A stretch of 63,673 nt of DNA, counting the filler, from Reticulomyxa filosa (lineage: Eukaryota; Protista; Foraminifera), in NCBI GenBank assembly GCA_000512085.1. It is 14 parts of 14 records of this genome, joined end to end, with 100 filler letters (N's around TTAATTAATTAA, not from the genome) between each part and the next. Parts side by side here need not be neighbours in the genome. Positions count along the whole stretch, not along the records: positions 1 to 10,392 come from ASPP01000148.1; positions 10,493 to 23,318 come from ASPP01023615.1; 12 more parts are not named here. One strand, written 5' to 3'. Below are positions 1 to 13,213 of this stretch, piece by piece. The position numbers and the translations under genes are program-made. The notes below the pieces were generated by a model. It was not told the DNA's origin. It worked only from the letters and a program-made list of their open reading frames with translations, and did not search any database. Every line of letters begins with the position of its first letter. Position 1 is the first letter of the stretch.

Positions 1-61
1 AAAAACGTTGCCAAATGGTGAAAAATGTTAAAAACCACACAATATCACAAAAATCCAACTA

Positions 62-3000
62 CTATAAAAAAATTTTTAATCTCCAGAAAGCAATGCAATA
101 GGTCTGTAATTCTTGCAAATGCTGTGATCTGGTTTTGGTATTGGAACAATATTCGCTATTTTCCATGATTTTGGCCAATTCTGAAACTCCAAATAACAAC
201 ACGAGTGAATCAATAATTGATTGTCCACCATACTTGACCGTTTGATTGTAAATTTGATCTTGTCCTTGTGCTTTGTTCGTTGAGGTGTGTCTCATTGCTT
301 CAATTTCACCTTGATAATAATTATTGGGACCTCGAAATGATCTAATTTCTTTCTCACCACGACACCAGAGTTGCGCTTTCTCCACATTTATTTGCGATTT
401 GATTTGTTTTAGGAATGACAATCGATGGAATGACAGTGAGTCTGTTCGAGTTCATTGACTTGAACTGCTAGAATAAGTGTCTTGTGTTTCCTTCTTGAAG
501 AGATTCCACCATATATTCTTGCTTTTCTTGTTTCAATTTTCTCTTCAGTGTACCTGTAATTTTCTTCCTTCGAAATTCTCTTTTCAATCGATGCACTGCC
601 TTTCTCTTTCTGTGAAGATAATCACTCCACCATGGCGATTGTTTTTTTTTATAGAAAGTTGTATTGTTGAAATTCAAAAAAGAAATAACACCATAATCAA
701 GCACCTCACTCACATGGAATGCAGTACTAAGAATACAATGTCTTACAAAGTGATCAACAAACAACAAATTGCATGCAAAATCCTTAAACAACCAAAGGGG
801 AAAGATCAATAGTAAAATAAATTTCGATATCAAAAATTTGTAGACTGTTGCTAGCAAATTGTAATCCACGTTTGGAGGTCCCAGGAGTTTGAACAGACAA
901 AACCACATTTGTTTGATAGTTTGGCGCGGATGCCTTCGGCCTCCGCGCATTTTGAATGTTTGAAACTTTTTCCACCATTTCGCCATGTGATATTTATTTG
1001 GACATTCGTTCCTTCCCTGAGACGCTGACTTTGTGCCCTTACTTTCGGCTTGAGTTTGCCAATGATGATAAGTGGATATATATTTTTTTTTTGTTCCGAT
1101 TGTTTCTTTCGCTGCTTCCACCACATCATCAGGCCACCATGGTAGTGATTGTTCCCACTCTTCCAACTTTCTCTTCAAGTTTATGTACTGTTCCCACTTG
1201 TCACTTCTCAGATTCCATGTTTCTATTTTCTGTTTCTTGATCTCAGGATTTGACCAATTTGCTCGGATGTTGAATGTGGTTGGCAGGTGGTCCGATTGCA
1301 CATCCAATTCATCACTGTCTGTTCTCCAATTGCCGCACCGACTGGCAATTGATTCCGAACACAGAGTGATGTCAATCGACGACTCCCTTCCATCTTTTTT
1401 GAATGTATGACAGAGTGGAGGGAATTCATAATCTGCAAATTGTTCAAATTGATGAAATCCAAAATTGACTCACTAATTTCATCGATTGTTTTGTCCAACC
1501 AGGCAGTATGATGCGAATTCCAATCTCCACCAATGACAATGAGTTCACTGATCTTTCTTGCATCTTTCACTTCCTTTTCAAATTCATCCAAATCACAACT
1601 GACAATTGTATATTATATCTAATGCTTGTCTTTTGCAAGTTTCGATAGAAACTGCAAAACATGATCGAATTTCTTTCTCACTGGCATCTGACCTGACCCA
1701 ACACAACTCGAAACCAAGTAACTTGAATAGATCTTTTCGACAAAGGATACCTGTTCTTCTAGAATGCATTGTACATATTCTGGAACTGGTTCCATTCTAT
1801 TTTCTGACCGGAAGATTCCTGAAGGAGAGTTTCCTGCAACTTAGCAATTTGAGCTCGAAGTTTTGAAACTTCATCTTTGTATTCTTTGTTCTTCTAATTG
1901 TCGTTTCTTTTTCTTAATCTGTTTCTTGATCGATTTCTTGGACTTGTCGATCTCAATCTTTGATGTTCTTCTTCATTCTTCTTTACGCTCACTGTTTCTT
2001 TTTGTTCTTTCGCTGGCTTCTTTTGATTAGCGACCTCGATTTCTTTCTTTCCTTTCTGTTTTTCATTTTTCTTTTCCTGTCTCTTCTCCTTCTTCAAGAT
2101 TACGATTTTCTATCTTCTTGAGAAGCGAATTTCAATTTTTTCTAATGACTAGACATAACACTGAATCACTAGCATGTTTTCCACAGTCTTCAGACTTGTG
2201 ATTCTTCATTCCACAACATTTGCACGCCTGCATTCCTTTGCGAAGTGATTCAATTTAAAACACTTCCTGCATTGAATGAAATGTGCTTCTGTATTTGTCG
2301 AACAGCTCACAATTCAATAATCTGTATCCAATTCTTATTTCTTTGTCTCCCAATGCTTTTTTCACATCATTCGATGTTCCAAACAGCACTTTTGCAACTG
2401 TGAGACCTTTGAATCTCTCCACTTTCTCCGCTTGAATCCCATGTCTTCAAGTGCTTCTGCAATCTCTTCATTTAGAGAGATGTTCTTCATGAGTACAAAG
2501 CAGTTGATATCTGGATCTTCCACTTCATATTTTCTTCTTTCTTGTTGTTCAGTTGCTTTTTCTTTATCTTTTTCTTCATCTTCGTTTTCTTGTTGGTACA
2601 ACTCATTAAATGATGTTGCAAATGTTTTCCATTTCCACCAACCAATTTCAACACAGATGATGAAGATTTTAATAATCTTCCATCCACTGGTGTGACCACG
2701 AGTGTAGAAGATGTCCGACATAAGTAATCTCGACGGATTTTGACACTCCTTTGTTTCCAAATGTTGTCGTCGTTCAATTCTTGTTTCTTTTCATCTTCTT
2801 TTTTGCTTTCTTCCTTGTTCTGTGATAAAACAACATTTAATTCATAATTCTGCCTAATCTTCTTGTTTGGCGAGTCTGCTCCATCATTTTAATCATCTTT
2901 TGACAGAAGTCTTTTCGTGCCTCGTAATCCGAATGACAAATCCAACGATGATCTTCTTCCATTGTTTGGCATTCCGTTTATCATAACAAAATCTTTATCG

Positions 3001-3454
3001 TTTACGTTTGTTTTCTCCAATGGCTGCATATTTGATGATGGTAATGCTGCCAATGAGTCTTTTCGATGTTTATCCAAAAAAAGACCTTTAGTACTTGCCA
3101 TGCTTTGCTAATTGATGACAAATTTGTTAATTTTGACATGCCGTAATGCTAAAAAAAATTTTGCAAGGGGCTAGCGCAATTCGAAGATCAAATCAAAAAT
3201 TTCCAAAAATCTCCAATTTCCACCAATTTTCCAATGTTCCAATGGCCTCCCGGCCTTTCTCCAATACTTTTACCAATAAAAAAATTCCAATATTTTCCAA
3301 CCAAAAATTTTCTTCACAAAATTCCTTAAGGAATTTTTTGCCAAAATCTCCAATGCTCAAAACCAAAATGAGCTTCAAATCCTCAAAGATGTTGAAGTAT
3401 TTAGTTGAGCCAAACTCCAATTCCCTTCAAAAAACAACTTTTTTAGCAAATTGA
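62..3454 (-). mobile_element. Decayed non-LTR retrotransposon (LINE, APE-type): ORF1 with CCHC zinc knuckles, ORF2 with APE endonuclease and downstream remnants
   Basis: Minus-strand remnants: QCRKCFKLNHFAKEC and CKCCGMKNHKSEDC (about 2190-2275); APE motifs IVIGGDWNSHH..W, IDITL and SDHLP; the post-APE PWWS motif. Many frameshifts and stops. Confidence 0.88.
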
Positions 3455-4539
3455 AACAATGATGTTTTTTTTTAATCAATAAAACAACACTTGCACGTTT
3501 CGTGCGTTCGTCGTTAAGACCAAAAGGAAGTAAAACCAAAAGCAAAAAAAAAAACATTTAATATCAAAAATCTGAAAGAAAAAATGAAAACATAAAAGCA
3601 ATAATAAAAAACATATTAATGTTCCTTTCATAAATTGCGGAATACCAACGTAGACCGGTTGATATCACAATTTCCCTTTTTAAATTGTGAGATACTGGCA
3701 GCATTCACAAAAACTGTAAGATGTAACACTAATTCAAACAAACAAATGAAACAAAACATCAATTTACTTTGGTAAAAAAAAAATTTCCTTCGGTATTTAC
3801 AACTACTAAAGGACCATAATTAATTTATCATAGCATGAAAGCTCTGTTTTCTCATTTGGTGTTTTTCCGACACACGACAACATATTTTTGCTGTTTGGTG
3901 CTTTCTAGTGCCTTTCCTTCGGTGCCTTTTTTTAGTTTCCTGGTCTTCGTGGTCTTTTCTTTAGTTTCCAGTCCTTGACACAACGAGAATACTTTGCATT
4001 CTTCACATCATCATATATTAATCTCACTTCTTTTAGCGCTTTTGTTATCAATGCAAATCCCACATCATTTACAGCAGTGTGGAATCGATATTGTAAAGAC
4101 ATTTCTACCAGATCTTATAGAATATCAATCATTCAAAATAACATTCTTTCATCTGCTTGCAGCTGGAGAACGCATAATAATTTGCAAACGATCACTGGAA
4201 AGGTCGGACTGAACAATGATTTGCACAAAATTCAAAGATCTGACAATCTATTTTACAAATTTTGTGACATATAATCATAATCAGTCGAACATTTCTTGAT
4301 GAAGTGTTCGCATTATAACTTGTTGCGTAAAAGATTTGGTGGTGTGAAGTAAGTAATGGCAACCAAAAATCAGAGTGGTAGTAGTGAAAGAAACAGCATC
4401 GTTTGTCATTCAAACCAACAGAAAAATATAAACACAATTTTTAATCAACTTAAATAAAACTTTTTGACATCAAATATTTAATTATTGCAATTTTTGTCAT
4501 TTCATTGTTTTTGTTTTTGTAAGTGCTAGTGTTCACTAA

Positions 4540-4720
4540 TTATTAATTGTTTCTCGACAGTGACAATACATTGGTATCATGAAGCAATCCTTGTACATTT
4601 TCCATCAACTGCTGTGTAATTTTTTAATACTGTAAGCATTCCATCATGAAATTTTCGATAATCTATTCTTCTTCACACCAAATACAATCAGGAGAATCTG
4701 ATCTTTGAATTCGACAAGTA
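4540..4720 (-). mobile_element. Fragment of a LINE ORF2 C-terminal zinc-finger region
   Basis: Minus strand reads SDSPDCIWCEEE*IIENFMMECLQY, resembling the C-x2-C...ETIEH..C motif at the end of LINE ORF2. Confidence 0.5.
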
Positions 4721-5299
4721 TTTGAAAATGTTCAAGTTCATTACAAAAATGAAAGAGTTTTATTCTTTTTAATTGCAAGTTTGCTGTGAATGCGATTCAC
4801 AATAAATGCATAGCATAAACTTACAATTTCCCCTTATTCTTTTTTTCTTTTCCGAATAGAATAAGTACATAATTGCATTTGCCGATATTTTTAATCACCT
4901 TTGTTTCATATGTTGTTTATTTTCTCAAAAATTCTATTGTATTCTAACGTCAAAACCAACCTTTTTAACAGTGTGAACTGGAAAAATTATGCATATTCAC
5001 TGATAAAAATCCATAAACACTGTTGTTTACAAAATGGAAATAGCAAAAAAAAAGGAAGGTTCATAAAAAAGAACACACTGACAATGAACAAATACAAGGA
5101 GTACATTGGGGAGAGTGGAAAAAATAAAATTCGTCAAACCCCAACAGATGCTTCAGCAAACTATGTCAATAAATTGAATCCAAAAACAATCAAGAATAAG
5201 AGAGCGGAAGCTTAAACCCTTTGTCCCAGTGGCTTTTATATGAGTAATTACTGGATGGCAATTTCTTAATATTTAACCGAGATTGTTGAAATCTTCAAA

Positions 5300-8200
5300 C
5301 TATTGATGTCGGTGACTTGACTGTAACACTTTTGGAAATGATGGTATATGAGAGGAAGAATCGCCTGTGAGAATTATGCTTCTGTGGCCATCTGTATGTT
5401 TACTTCTCTCTTTTTCTTTGTGTTTTCCTCGCTCTTTGTCGCGTCGTCTTTGCCAGTTTCTGTCTGTGTTTCTGTCTCTATCTCTGCGATCTAATCCAGT
5501 GGAGGACCGACCGAAATGATGTCTATTGTGTGAGAGAGGAGAATAAAATTTGGCATTGGCTTCGCTTGAATCCAAATGATGATCATTGCGACTGCCTGTG
5601 CTTTGTGATTGTTTCTCCAAATGACGAGTTTTCAATTTGCGTGCACGCTTTGATTTTTTTTGTAGTGCATGATAAGTCCGTCGTTTACGTGAAGTGAAAA
5701 GATATAAACAAAAGATACATACTGCACTACTTTCGGGATCGTGCATACGAACAAATAAAGATATTTGTTGCTCTTTCTTATTAAATTTCACAGACACTTC
5801 CTTTTCTTCATTCGGGTAAGCACACAAATATTGGATGTTGTCTTTCAAACAAAAAAAAAAGCAAAAAGAGAAAAAAGTTAAAATCGATTGTTCTTAACGA
5901 CTGAGTGAGCTGATGATCACATCACAAACATTTTTCTGAAAACATGTCGCCAGAGCATAGGCTTTATTTCTTTGAGTATTATCCACACCTTTCTTGCATA
6001 TTCTGACGTCTTTCACACTACCATACCGACTTAAAAGCCCTTTCAGCTCTTCTGCGGTCATCTGTTCAATATGTTAATGTGTGAAATTTGCATAAGTGCA
6101 GAAAGGGAAAAAAATCATGATAACTTCTTCGGGGACCCTATCAATGAATAACATTAAATTTTCTTGTTCACTGGATCCATTTCCATTTCCATTTCCACGA
6201 GAAAGCGTGTGAGCTATCGAAAAAGAATCTGACTTTTTTGTTTTTTATTTGGAGTGATATATGAAAAGGAGCTTGTTTCGTGATTATTGATGTCACTCTC
6301 CCCTCCATTGACACTGATTTGATCGTCTTCTTGCGAAACGTGCAAATTCCTTTTCCCCCCTCTTTTTCTTTTCTCGTCGAATATTTTGTCTTTGCTTCTA
6401 TTGTCAGTAGAGAGGCCTTCGATTGGAAAAAGGTGTTGGTTCCACGATTGTAATGCTTTGTCTAGCTTTTCGTTTTTTACATTTCCAAAAAAGACGGACC
6501 AATCGATAAATTGACATAACGTCGACCTCGTAGCTAAAGGTAACAATTCGTCAATTTGGCTAACGTGACAGCTCTTGTTATTGACACAATCGGAAGCCAT
6601 GGCATTTTCTTCGTGTTTAGTTGCACAACATTCCACACCAATCTTTGTTGCTAACATTTCCTTTGTGAATGTTGTGTCACAATTCCAAGTTTTTACTATT
6701 CCATTCAATGAGTCGTTGGATTTTGCCGTGTCGATTGTCTTTGAATCACACACAAGTGAGTTCTCGGATTCAGCCAACGACATATTTTCTGTGTATGCAT
6801 GTTCTGTCGCTAGATCGACTTTGGTTTCTTCTCTTTCTACAAATGATTGCGAGCATTCATGTTGTTGCAATTGTTGTTGTTCCACTTCGATATTGGTATT
6901 GGAACGAGAAAGCGAGGAAGTCGGTGAAACTGGTAAGCTTATCACCGAGGATGGCAACCTTTGATGTTCATCCTCAATCAGCCCATTCGCTTCCAAATGA
7001 GTCTGGATTTCGGCTATTGCATGTCCTTTTGATTGTTCATTTGAATATTCATTTGAATATTTATTTGCATGTTCATTTGCATGTTCATTTGAATTTTGTA
7101 TTTCCATTGTCTCCGTGTTTTGTGCTTCGTTTGCGCCCGTGTGATTTGTTTTGTCTTTGGTTTCTTCTTCACTACCAATGAGACTGTCATTGTGATCCAT
7201 TTGTTTCAGCAGACTTTGGCTTTTCTTTTTATAGTTTGATTGATTTCATTAGTTGGATTTGCACACCATCAAAGACAAACAAAGCACACACACACACACA
7301 CACACACATTAAAAAAAAAAGTCACTACCTCACTGTGACATTTGGCGATGTGATCTCGGAGCTTCTTGCAAGCGGCAAAGCGTAAAGGACAAAAACGACA
7401 ACACTTGGTATGGGGTGCACTGAGATGCAGTTTCCAATGGCTTGGTGCCTTTTGCTTTTTGTATTCCAAACAAAATGGGCATTGCTCGGGGATTGGCTCA
7501 AGCGTAATGCTATTGCGCTTCTCTTTTTTTGAATCTTTTGCGATCTCATGACTCGAGGACTGTGTCGTTTGTTCCGAATATGGTGCCATGGATTGGCTGT
7601 CCAATGACATCGGCGTCGACGTCGATGTCGATGTTGATGTTAACGTTAATGTCGATGTCAACGTCGGCAACGACACGGACGTTGGTATTGACGTTGATAC
7701 CGACGTCAACACACTCTCGCTCGTTTCTTTTGTGTTTGACTCTAGTTGTGGCTCATTCGCGGGGATGATATTGGGCTTGGATTTGAAGGCCTTGCGTCTA
7801 ATGCCGTGCACAACATACAAGTGTTCGGCAAGTAGTTTGTTCATTGTGAAGCGCTTGTCACATTGCTTGCAAGGATAGGCGTGTTTGGATTTGGTGTGTT
7901 GAAACCACACGTGTAATTTTTTGAAAGTGCTCTTCAAAGCACCACAAAGCAGACATTGTTGCTCGTTGTCATCTTTCAAAAGAAATGTGGGTTCAATTGA
8001 TTTTTCTTCTTTGATCACTCGAGAAGGAGATGTGGTTTTTTGTTTGCTTTTTTTTTTGTTTGTTTGGTTGGGTTGTGTTGCTTTGTTTTCAATTTCACAT
8101 TCGACACTTTCTTCGCATTATCTACACGTTGTTGATTGTCACTGTTTTCTATCGTCCCAACGTCACTCTGTTGACTCCATGTACTGCGGTCGTGCTTGTT

Positions 8201-10392
8201 ATCTGGGATGGTATTCGCAAATGCAAAGACGTCGGATGCAGAGGAGAGGACCTCAATTGGCGGATTCGTTTGCATAACTGGACTGGAATTTATAAACGTC
8301 CGTTCATTTGGTGTTGCTTCTTTCTCATTGCCTGAAATAGTCTTATCAAAACTCGATACCAACACTTGCGAACAATGTGTCAATGGGGTTTTCATAATGG
8401 CTCCACTTCCATTTGTATGATTACCAATCGAGTGAATATCATCACTACCACAATTGTCATTGCCTGAGCCACTTGGATCATCCAATTTTTGTCGACTGGA
8501 CAGTCTTGACGATCGTCGTAATCCGTTCGATATTTGACCTTGCAGCTGTCGTGCATACTCATTGTCCGATTCAATTTGCTTATTTCGTATACATACATAC
8601 ACATATATGTATTTTGTTACTCGAGTCAATGGATCACAAGGCATTGCAAAGCTCTCCTTTTCATTGTGTTTTATTCAAAACTGTTTTGCCTTCTTTGGTA
8701 TCCATTGAAAGATAATTATGGTGGATATGATTTATATCTAACTCGTGCATGCTCTTGTCCAACCGAAGCAAATGAACAGCAGATTTGTTATTGGGACTAT
8801 TCATATTCGAATGCGTTTGTGGTGAACATTGCAATGAAAGCGGTGATTGTATTTGTATTTGATCTGAACTGTTCAGTCCCTTTTTTGTTGTTATTGTTTG
8901 TGAATCCTTTTTTTTTGTTTGTTTGGAAAAATAGATGAAAGAGCAATTGTAACTTGGTCTAATAAAAAAGAATGGAAATCGCTACTTATTTCAGTTGAGG
9001 GTAGAGGATAATCGCATACAAAGGGACTCATATTTGGAACAGAGTGATTTAGCACTTGTGCAGGTTGTTGGGAATAAGATAACGCTTGCGTGTGTGTTAT
9101 GTCATTGTTTGGATAATTTTCGATTGAGTCGTTGCCAAATGAAGGAAGGAATTCCGACTAATTCGTTCCATTGTAAGAGACGCAAAAAAAAAAAACAACA
9201 AAAAGGGATTGTGCTTTTATTAAAATAAAATAAAAAAAAAGTTAACTCCACGTAAACCAATATCCTGTAATATAGGCTGATAATGAGCCAATCTCAAGTC
9301 ATTTGTATTCACAAAATTGGAATGAGTTTGAAAAGGTAACGATTGATGCGAGGTAATATCATCAAGAATGCTAGTATTTGTTTGTTGATCCATTGACGTT
9401 TGTTTGGTAATTTGTAAAGTTCTCTCGCGTTTGAACATGTGATTTTGCGGCGCAATGGTTGTGACAATCCCATTTTTCGATATTTTTTGTCTGCAATTTG
9501 TTGACTCGCAATGACATTTCTGTATTGTACCAGCGAGATTAGATAATTGATAGTCGATAGTCAATTCTTCTCCATAAGCAATATCTCTTCGTGCAAACAA
9601 GCCAATACACAATTCTTTGCCGACCGTCCTTGATAGTAACATATGTACATATCCACATATCTGCGTGTGTCTTTGCAATGGGAAACAGAAAAACAAAAAG
9701 CACATATATATATACATGCAACATATACAGACATTATATTATATACATATTTTATATACAAATATATATTAATGCACACGTCATATATATTATATATATA
9801 TTTATATGCATAGAAAGAAGTAACACGCGCCAAAAAAACTACAAACGAAACCATTTGGAAGTTTGACAATTGGGATCGCAAGAATGATTGACAAAGCGGC
9901 CGATATTTCCTTTTTTTGTAGCATCAATGAACAGATTTTTTTCCAATTCAATAATATAACATTTATTTCTTCGTTGATATTCTGTTTTTTTTAAACGTTT
10001 TTGACACTCTTCCATATCAATGATCTCGCCAACATATTCTGTGACAAAGTCTCCACATTTTATTTTTTGCAGAGAAAACAATCCAAAGCCTTTTTTTTTT
10101 GTTTTTCGAATTTCACATTTGCACCATTCGCGTTTTTGAAATCGTCGATTTGTGCATTGATTGGTCCAATGACATATCGAATCATCACATTCGATTTTGG
10201 ACAAACGATTCTCACATTTCTCATCACAGCAATTTTCATTCATTAGAGTACAATGGCAAAAGCCCAAATTCATTTGTTTCGATTTCGATTCCATTTGACA
10301 CACATACACATCTGTCGCAGAAGTGTCACAAATATGATATGTCCGTTTCAATTGTTTTCGATTTGGACTTTGGTTTGTAAGAAGCAAATAAA
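5300..10392 (-). CDS. Multi-exon SET2/ASH1/NSD-type histone lysine methyltransferase (AWS-SET-postSET) followed by C2H2 zinc fingers, an RRM and an R/D/S-rich tail; 5' end cut by the contig edge
   Basis: AWS region (CHC..CCDEKCENR..IECDDSIC..QCTNRRFQ), SET motifs GFGLF, EYVGEI, DATKKGNIGRFVNHSCDPNC and GEELTIDY, postSET CHCESTNCR. C2H2 fingers at 7340-7960 (e.g. CKQCDKRF..LAEHLYVVH). RRM-like LFIDRVPEE..AEELKGLLSRYGSVKDVRI at about 5900-6160. All on one strand with GT-AG junctions; joining them into one gene is inferred. Confidence 0.75.
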
Positions 10393-10492
10393 NNNNNNNN
10401 NNNNNNNNNNNNNNNNNNNNNNNNNNNNNNNNNNNNTTAATTAATTAANNNNNNNNNNNNNNNNNNNNNNNNNNNNNNNNNNNNNNNNNNNN
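10393..10492. other. Artificial contig-joining linker (N44-TTAATTAATTAA-N44). The same linker is at 23319, 33703, 37834, 38936, 40993, 42093, 50523, 52658, 54845, 58716, 61236 and 62439, each 100 bp.
   Basis: Identical 100-bp spacer with stops in all six frames, repeated 13 times; the sequences on either side are unrelated. Confidence 0.99.
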
Positions 10493-10536
10493 AATAATAA
10501 TAATAATGGTTATAACACTTTTTATTTGTTTTCCAG

Positions 10537-11425
10537 CAAGGATTTACTCCATTAATGACCGCCATTTTATGTCAATCTCGATTGCACAAAGGAATCATCG
10601 AATTGCTCGCCCCCTCCAATTATCGTCAAAACTCAACTTTTTGGAAACTCACTTGCAATGAAAAATTTGTTTGTTTTGCTGTACTGTCTCTTTTTTTTTT
10701 CATTCACTCATTTGTTATCCTTTTTTTGCAATGTGTTCGTACTTGTTATGGAAAAAGGAGAAAAAAACGATATTGCACCTGATATTTTCCAAATCTTTGC
10801 CAAATGTATTGAATCGATTGACACTTCTTCGTCAATTCATTCCAGAAGATGTATGGCAGAGCTTACTCATCACGGTGGACCAGGTTGAATTTTTTGCTTT
10901 TTTGTTTTTTTATTTTTTTATTCCTCCCTCTTTTGTTTCAATTACAATCGTGTGTTACATGTCGTACTTTGCACTGTGGAAACTCTAACTTTGATCAGCA
11001 TGGTTCCACACCACTGATGGATGCGCTTTTCTATTCGTCGGAAATTGACGACAACGTTTTATCTTTGATGGTTCCAAAAGCAGTAAACTCAAATTTTTGG
11101 CAGATGAAGATCAATTCGAGCAGTAGTCAACGAAAGGGATGCAATTTGTTGCATTTGAGTGTATTGAATGAAAAAGGCAATTGCGCGCAAGGCTTGGACT
11201 TTTTGATCAAGCATATCGACTCAAAGATATGGACGGAATTATCACAAATGAAAAACACTCTTCAGGTACTACCCTCTCCCCTTTTGGCTTTTTTCGATCA
11301 CGGAGATACATTTTTCAGTGTCTTAAAATCAAACGTTTTTCTGCTCACAGAAAGAAGAAAGTCCTTTGGAATTAGCTCATCGTTTCGAACGGCCTGATCA
11401 CGTTCTAACTCTGTTGTCGAAATGA
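10537..11425 (+). CDS. Ankyrin-repeat protein, 3' part (multi-exon)
   Basis: Ankyrin-like motifs QGFTPLMTAI, HGSTPLMDAL, KGCNLLHLSV and ESPLELA in successive exons; stop at 11423-11425. Confidence 0.7.
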
Positions 11426-12379
11426 ATTATTGTAGATAATGTGAACGTGTGGATTGTGTCTGTCTAAAGTTGCACTTTGTGTTGAATGTGAAATTTAAAC
11501 TGTTTTTGTGAATGTACATATTCAGCTACTTTTGGAATGAATGCTTATCACAGGAAAACACGAAAATTTTGTAAAAAATTTGTATCATAGACAACTCGAT
11601 AATAGTTCGCCTCCAATTGATAAAGTTCAACAAATTTTTTAACTTAAAATACAGCCAAACTCCATTCTGTCATTGGCAAACTTGGGCCTTTATTTCAAGT
11701 AAAAATGTTGTTTCAAACAAATTTTTTAGTTGTAAAATATAAAATGTCGCAAAATTTAAATTTTCAGCATGAACAAAAACAGAACAAGTTTAATATTGGT
11801 AGGTTATTGGCTTTTTAATTATTTGGGACGAATAAATTAAATTTAAAAAGATAAACAAAATAAAATAACATATAATGAGAAACTTAGAAAAGTAAGCGAA
11901 AGTGCCCAGTGAAAAAGTCGTGTTCCCACTTGTTGTTGCTATAGCACAAGAACGACAGTGACGCAAAAGTGTATGTTGGGTCGTAACTCACTCAAAAAAT
12001 TCACTTTTTTTTAATAAACAATTTTCCAAACATTAGTACTTTCAAAACATGCACTCCTATCTCTTCATTGCTAGCCTTTGGTTTTTTTTGAGCTTTGCGT
12101 TGTACTTGAAACTTAAAAACTTAAAAACTACTGTTTTTTTGAAAAAGGCCGCCAACTAAACGACAAAAAATGAAAAAAGTGAAGATACTTTAAAGAATAA
12201 CATCAAACGAAAAAAAGTATTAGACAGACTACATCTACTAAAAGTGTATGATTGTACGTGCAGTTTTTCGTTTTCTCGAATAAATACACGTTCCAAACGT
12301 TTTGAAGGAGAAAAACAACGAAATTTTTGTTTTCTTTTTGTGCTTAAATTTTTCCGTTTGACGTAAATAATCTCCAAAA

Positions 12380-13213
12380 ATGACAAATACTGTGTCCGAC
12401 CATGAATTGGATATTATAGGTGCAGGATTTGGACGAACTGGCACAACGTCTCTAAAACTTGCACTGGACACGCTTGGCTACAAATGCTATCACATAATGG
12501 AGACATTCAGTAATTTAAGTGATTGGGACAAATGGCACGATGTGTCACAGCTGAGCAAGGAGGAGAGAGAGAATTGGAATTGGGATCTCATATATGAACC
12601 AAGAAAGTACACTGCAGCACTGGACTCGCCAACGGCCGATTATTGGGAATTAATTCGTGACTATTATAACAAAAAGAAGGAAAAGAAAAGTTCCGAAAAC
12701 ACAACTCATTCACGACGTGTGAAAGTAATAGTAACAATCCGTGACAACCCAGAAATTTGGTACGAGTCGATGATGAAAACCGTAGTCCCAATGAGTGAGC
12801 AAAATAACCGTTGGTTTCCCAGGCTGATAAACACTAACTTTGTGGATTCCATTTACGCAATCCATTGGAATGGGACTTTCGAGGGACGATATAAGGACAA
12901 AGATTTTGCAATCCAAAAATATTGGGAAAGGATTGAAGAAGTCAAAAAGAAAGTCCCAAAGGAAGATTTGTTGATATACAATGTCAAAGAGGGATGGGAA
13001 CCTCTGTGTCGTTTTTTGCACAAAGAGATACCAACCGATCCTCAAACTGGTTCTGTCATTCCGTTCCCTGTTAGCAATTCCACTCAAGAATTTGAAACAA
13101 AAATACGATTTGTCAAAGCGCTCAACAACATTGCTACCATCACTGCCATTGCTTTGGCAGTTGGGTCTGTTGTCGGTGTTGCTTATTATTGGAGACGAAA
13201 AAAATTAATTTAA
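12380..13213 (+). CDS. Sulfotransferase-family P-loop protein (Sulfotransfer_4-like) with a C-terminal membrane anchor; intronless
   Basis: Motifs IIGAGFGRTGTTSLKLALDTLGYKCYH, KVIVTIRD..WYESM, LLIYNVKEGWEPLCRFL and PFP.SN; ends in a hydrophobic helix followed by RRKK. Confidence 0.88.
   Translation: MTNTVSDHELDIIGAGFGRTGTTSLKLALDTLGYKCYHIMETFSNLSDWDKWHDVSQLSKEERENWNWDLIYEPRKYTAALDSPTADYWELIRDYYNKKKEKKSSENTTHSRRVKVIVTIRDNPEIWYESMMKTVVPMSEQNNRWFPRLINTNFVDSIYAIHWNGTFEGRYKDKDFAIQKYWERIEEVKKKVPKEDLLIYNVKEGWEPLCRFLHKEIPTDPQTGSVIPFPVSNSTQEFETKIRFVKALNNIATITAIALAVGSVVGVAYYWRRKKLI

Noticed and set aside
3146-3454. 102-aa plus-strand ORF
   Set aside because: Low-complexity CCAA(T/A) repeats, probably the LINE leader read on the antisense strand.
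7586-7710. Hexamer-like repeats encoding V-D on the plus strand
   Set aside because: Antisense of a T/S-rich linker in the zinc-finger exon, not a separate gene.
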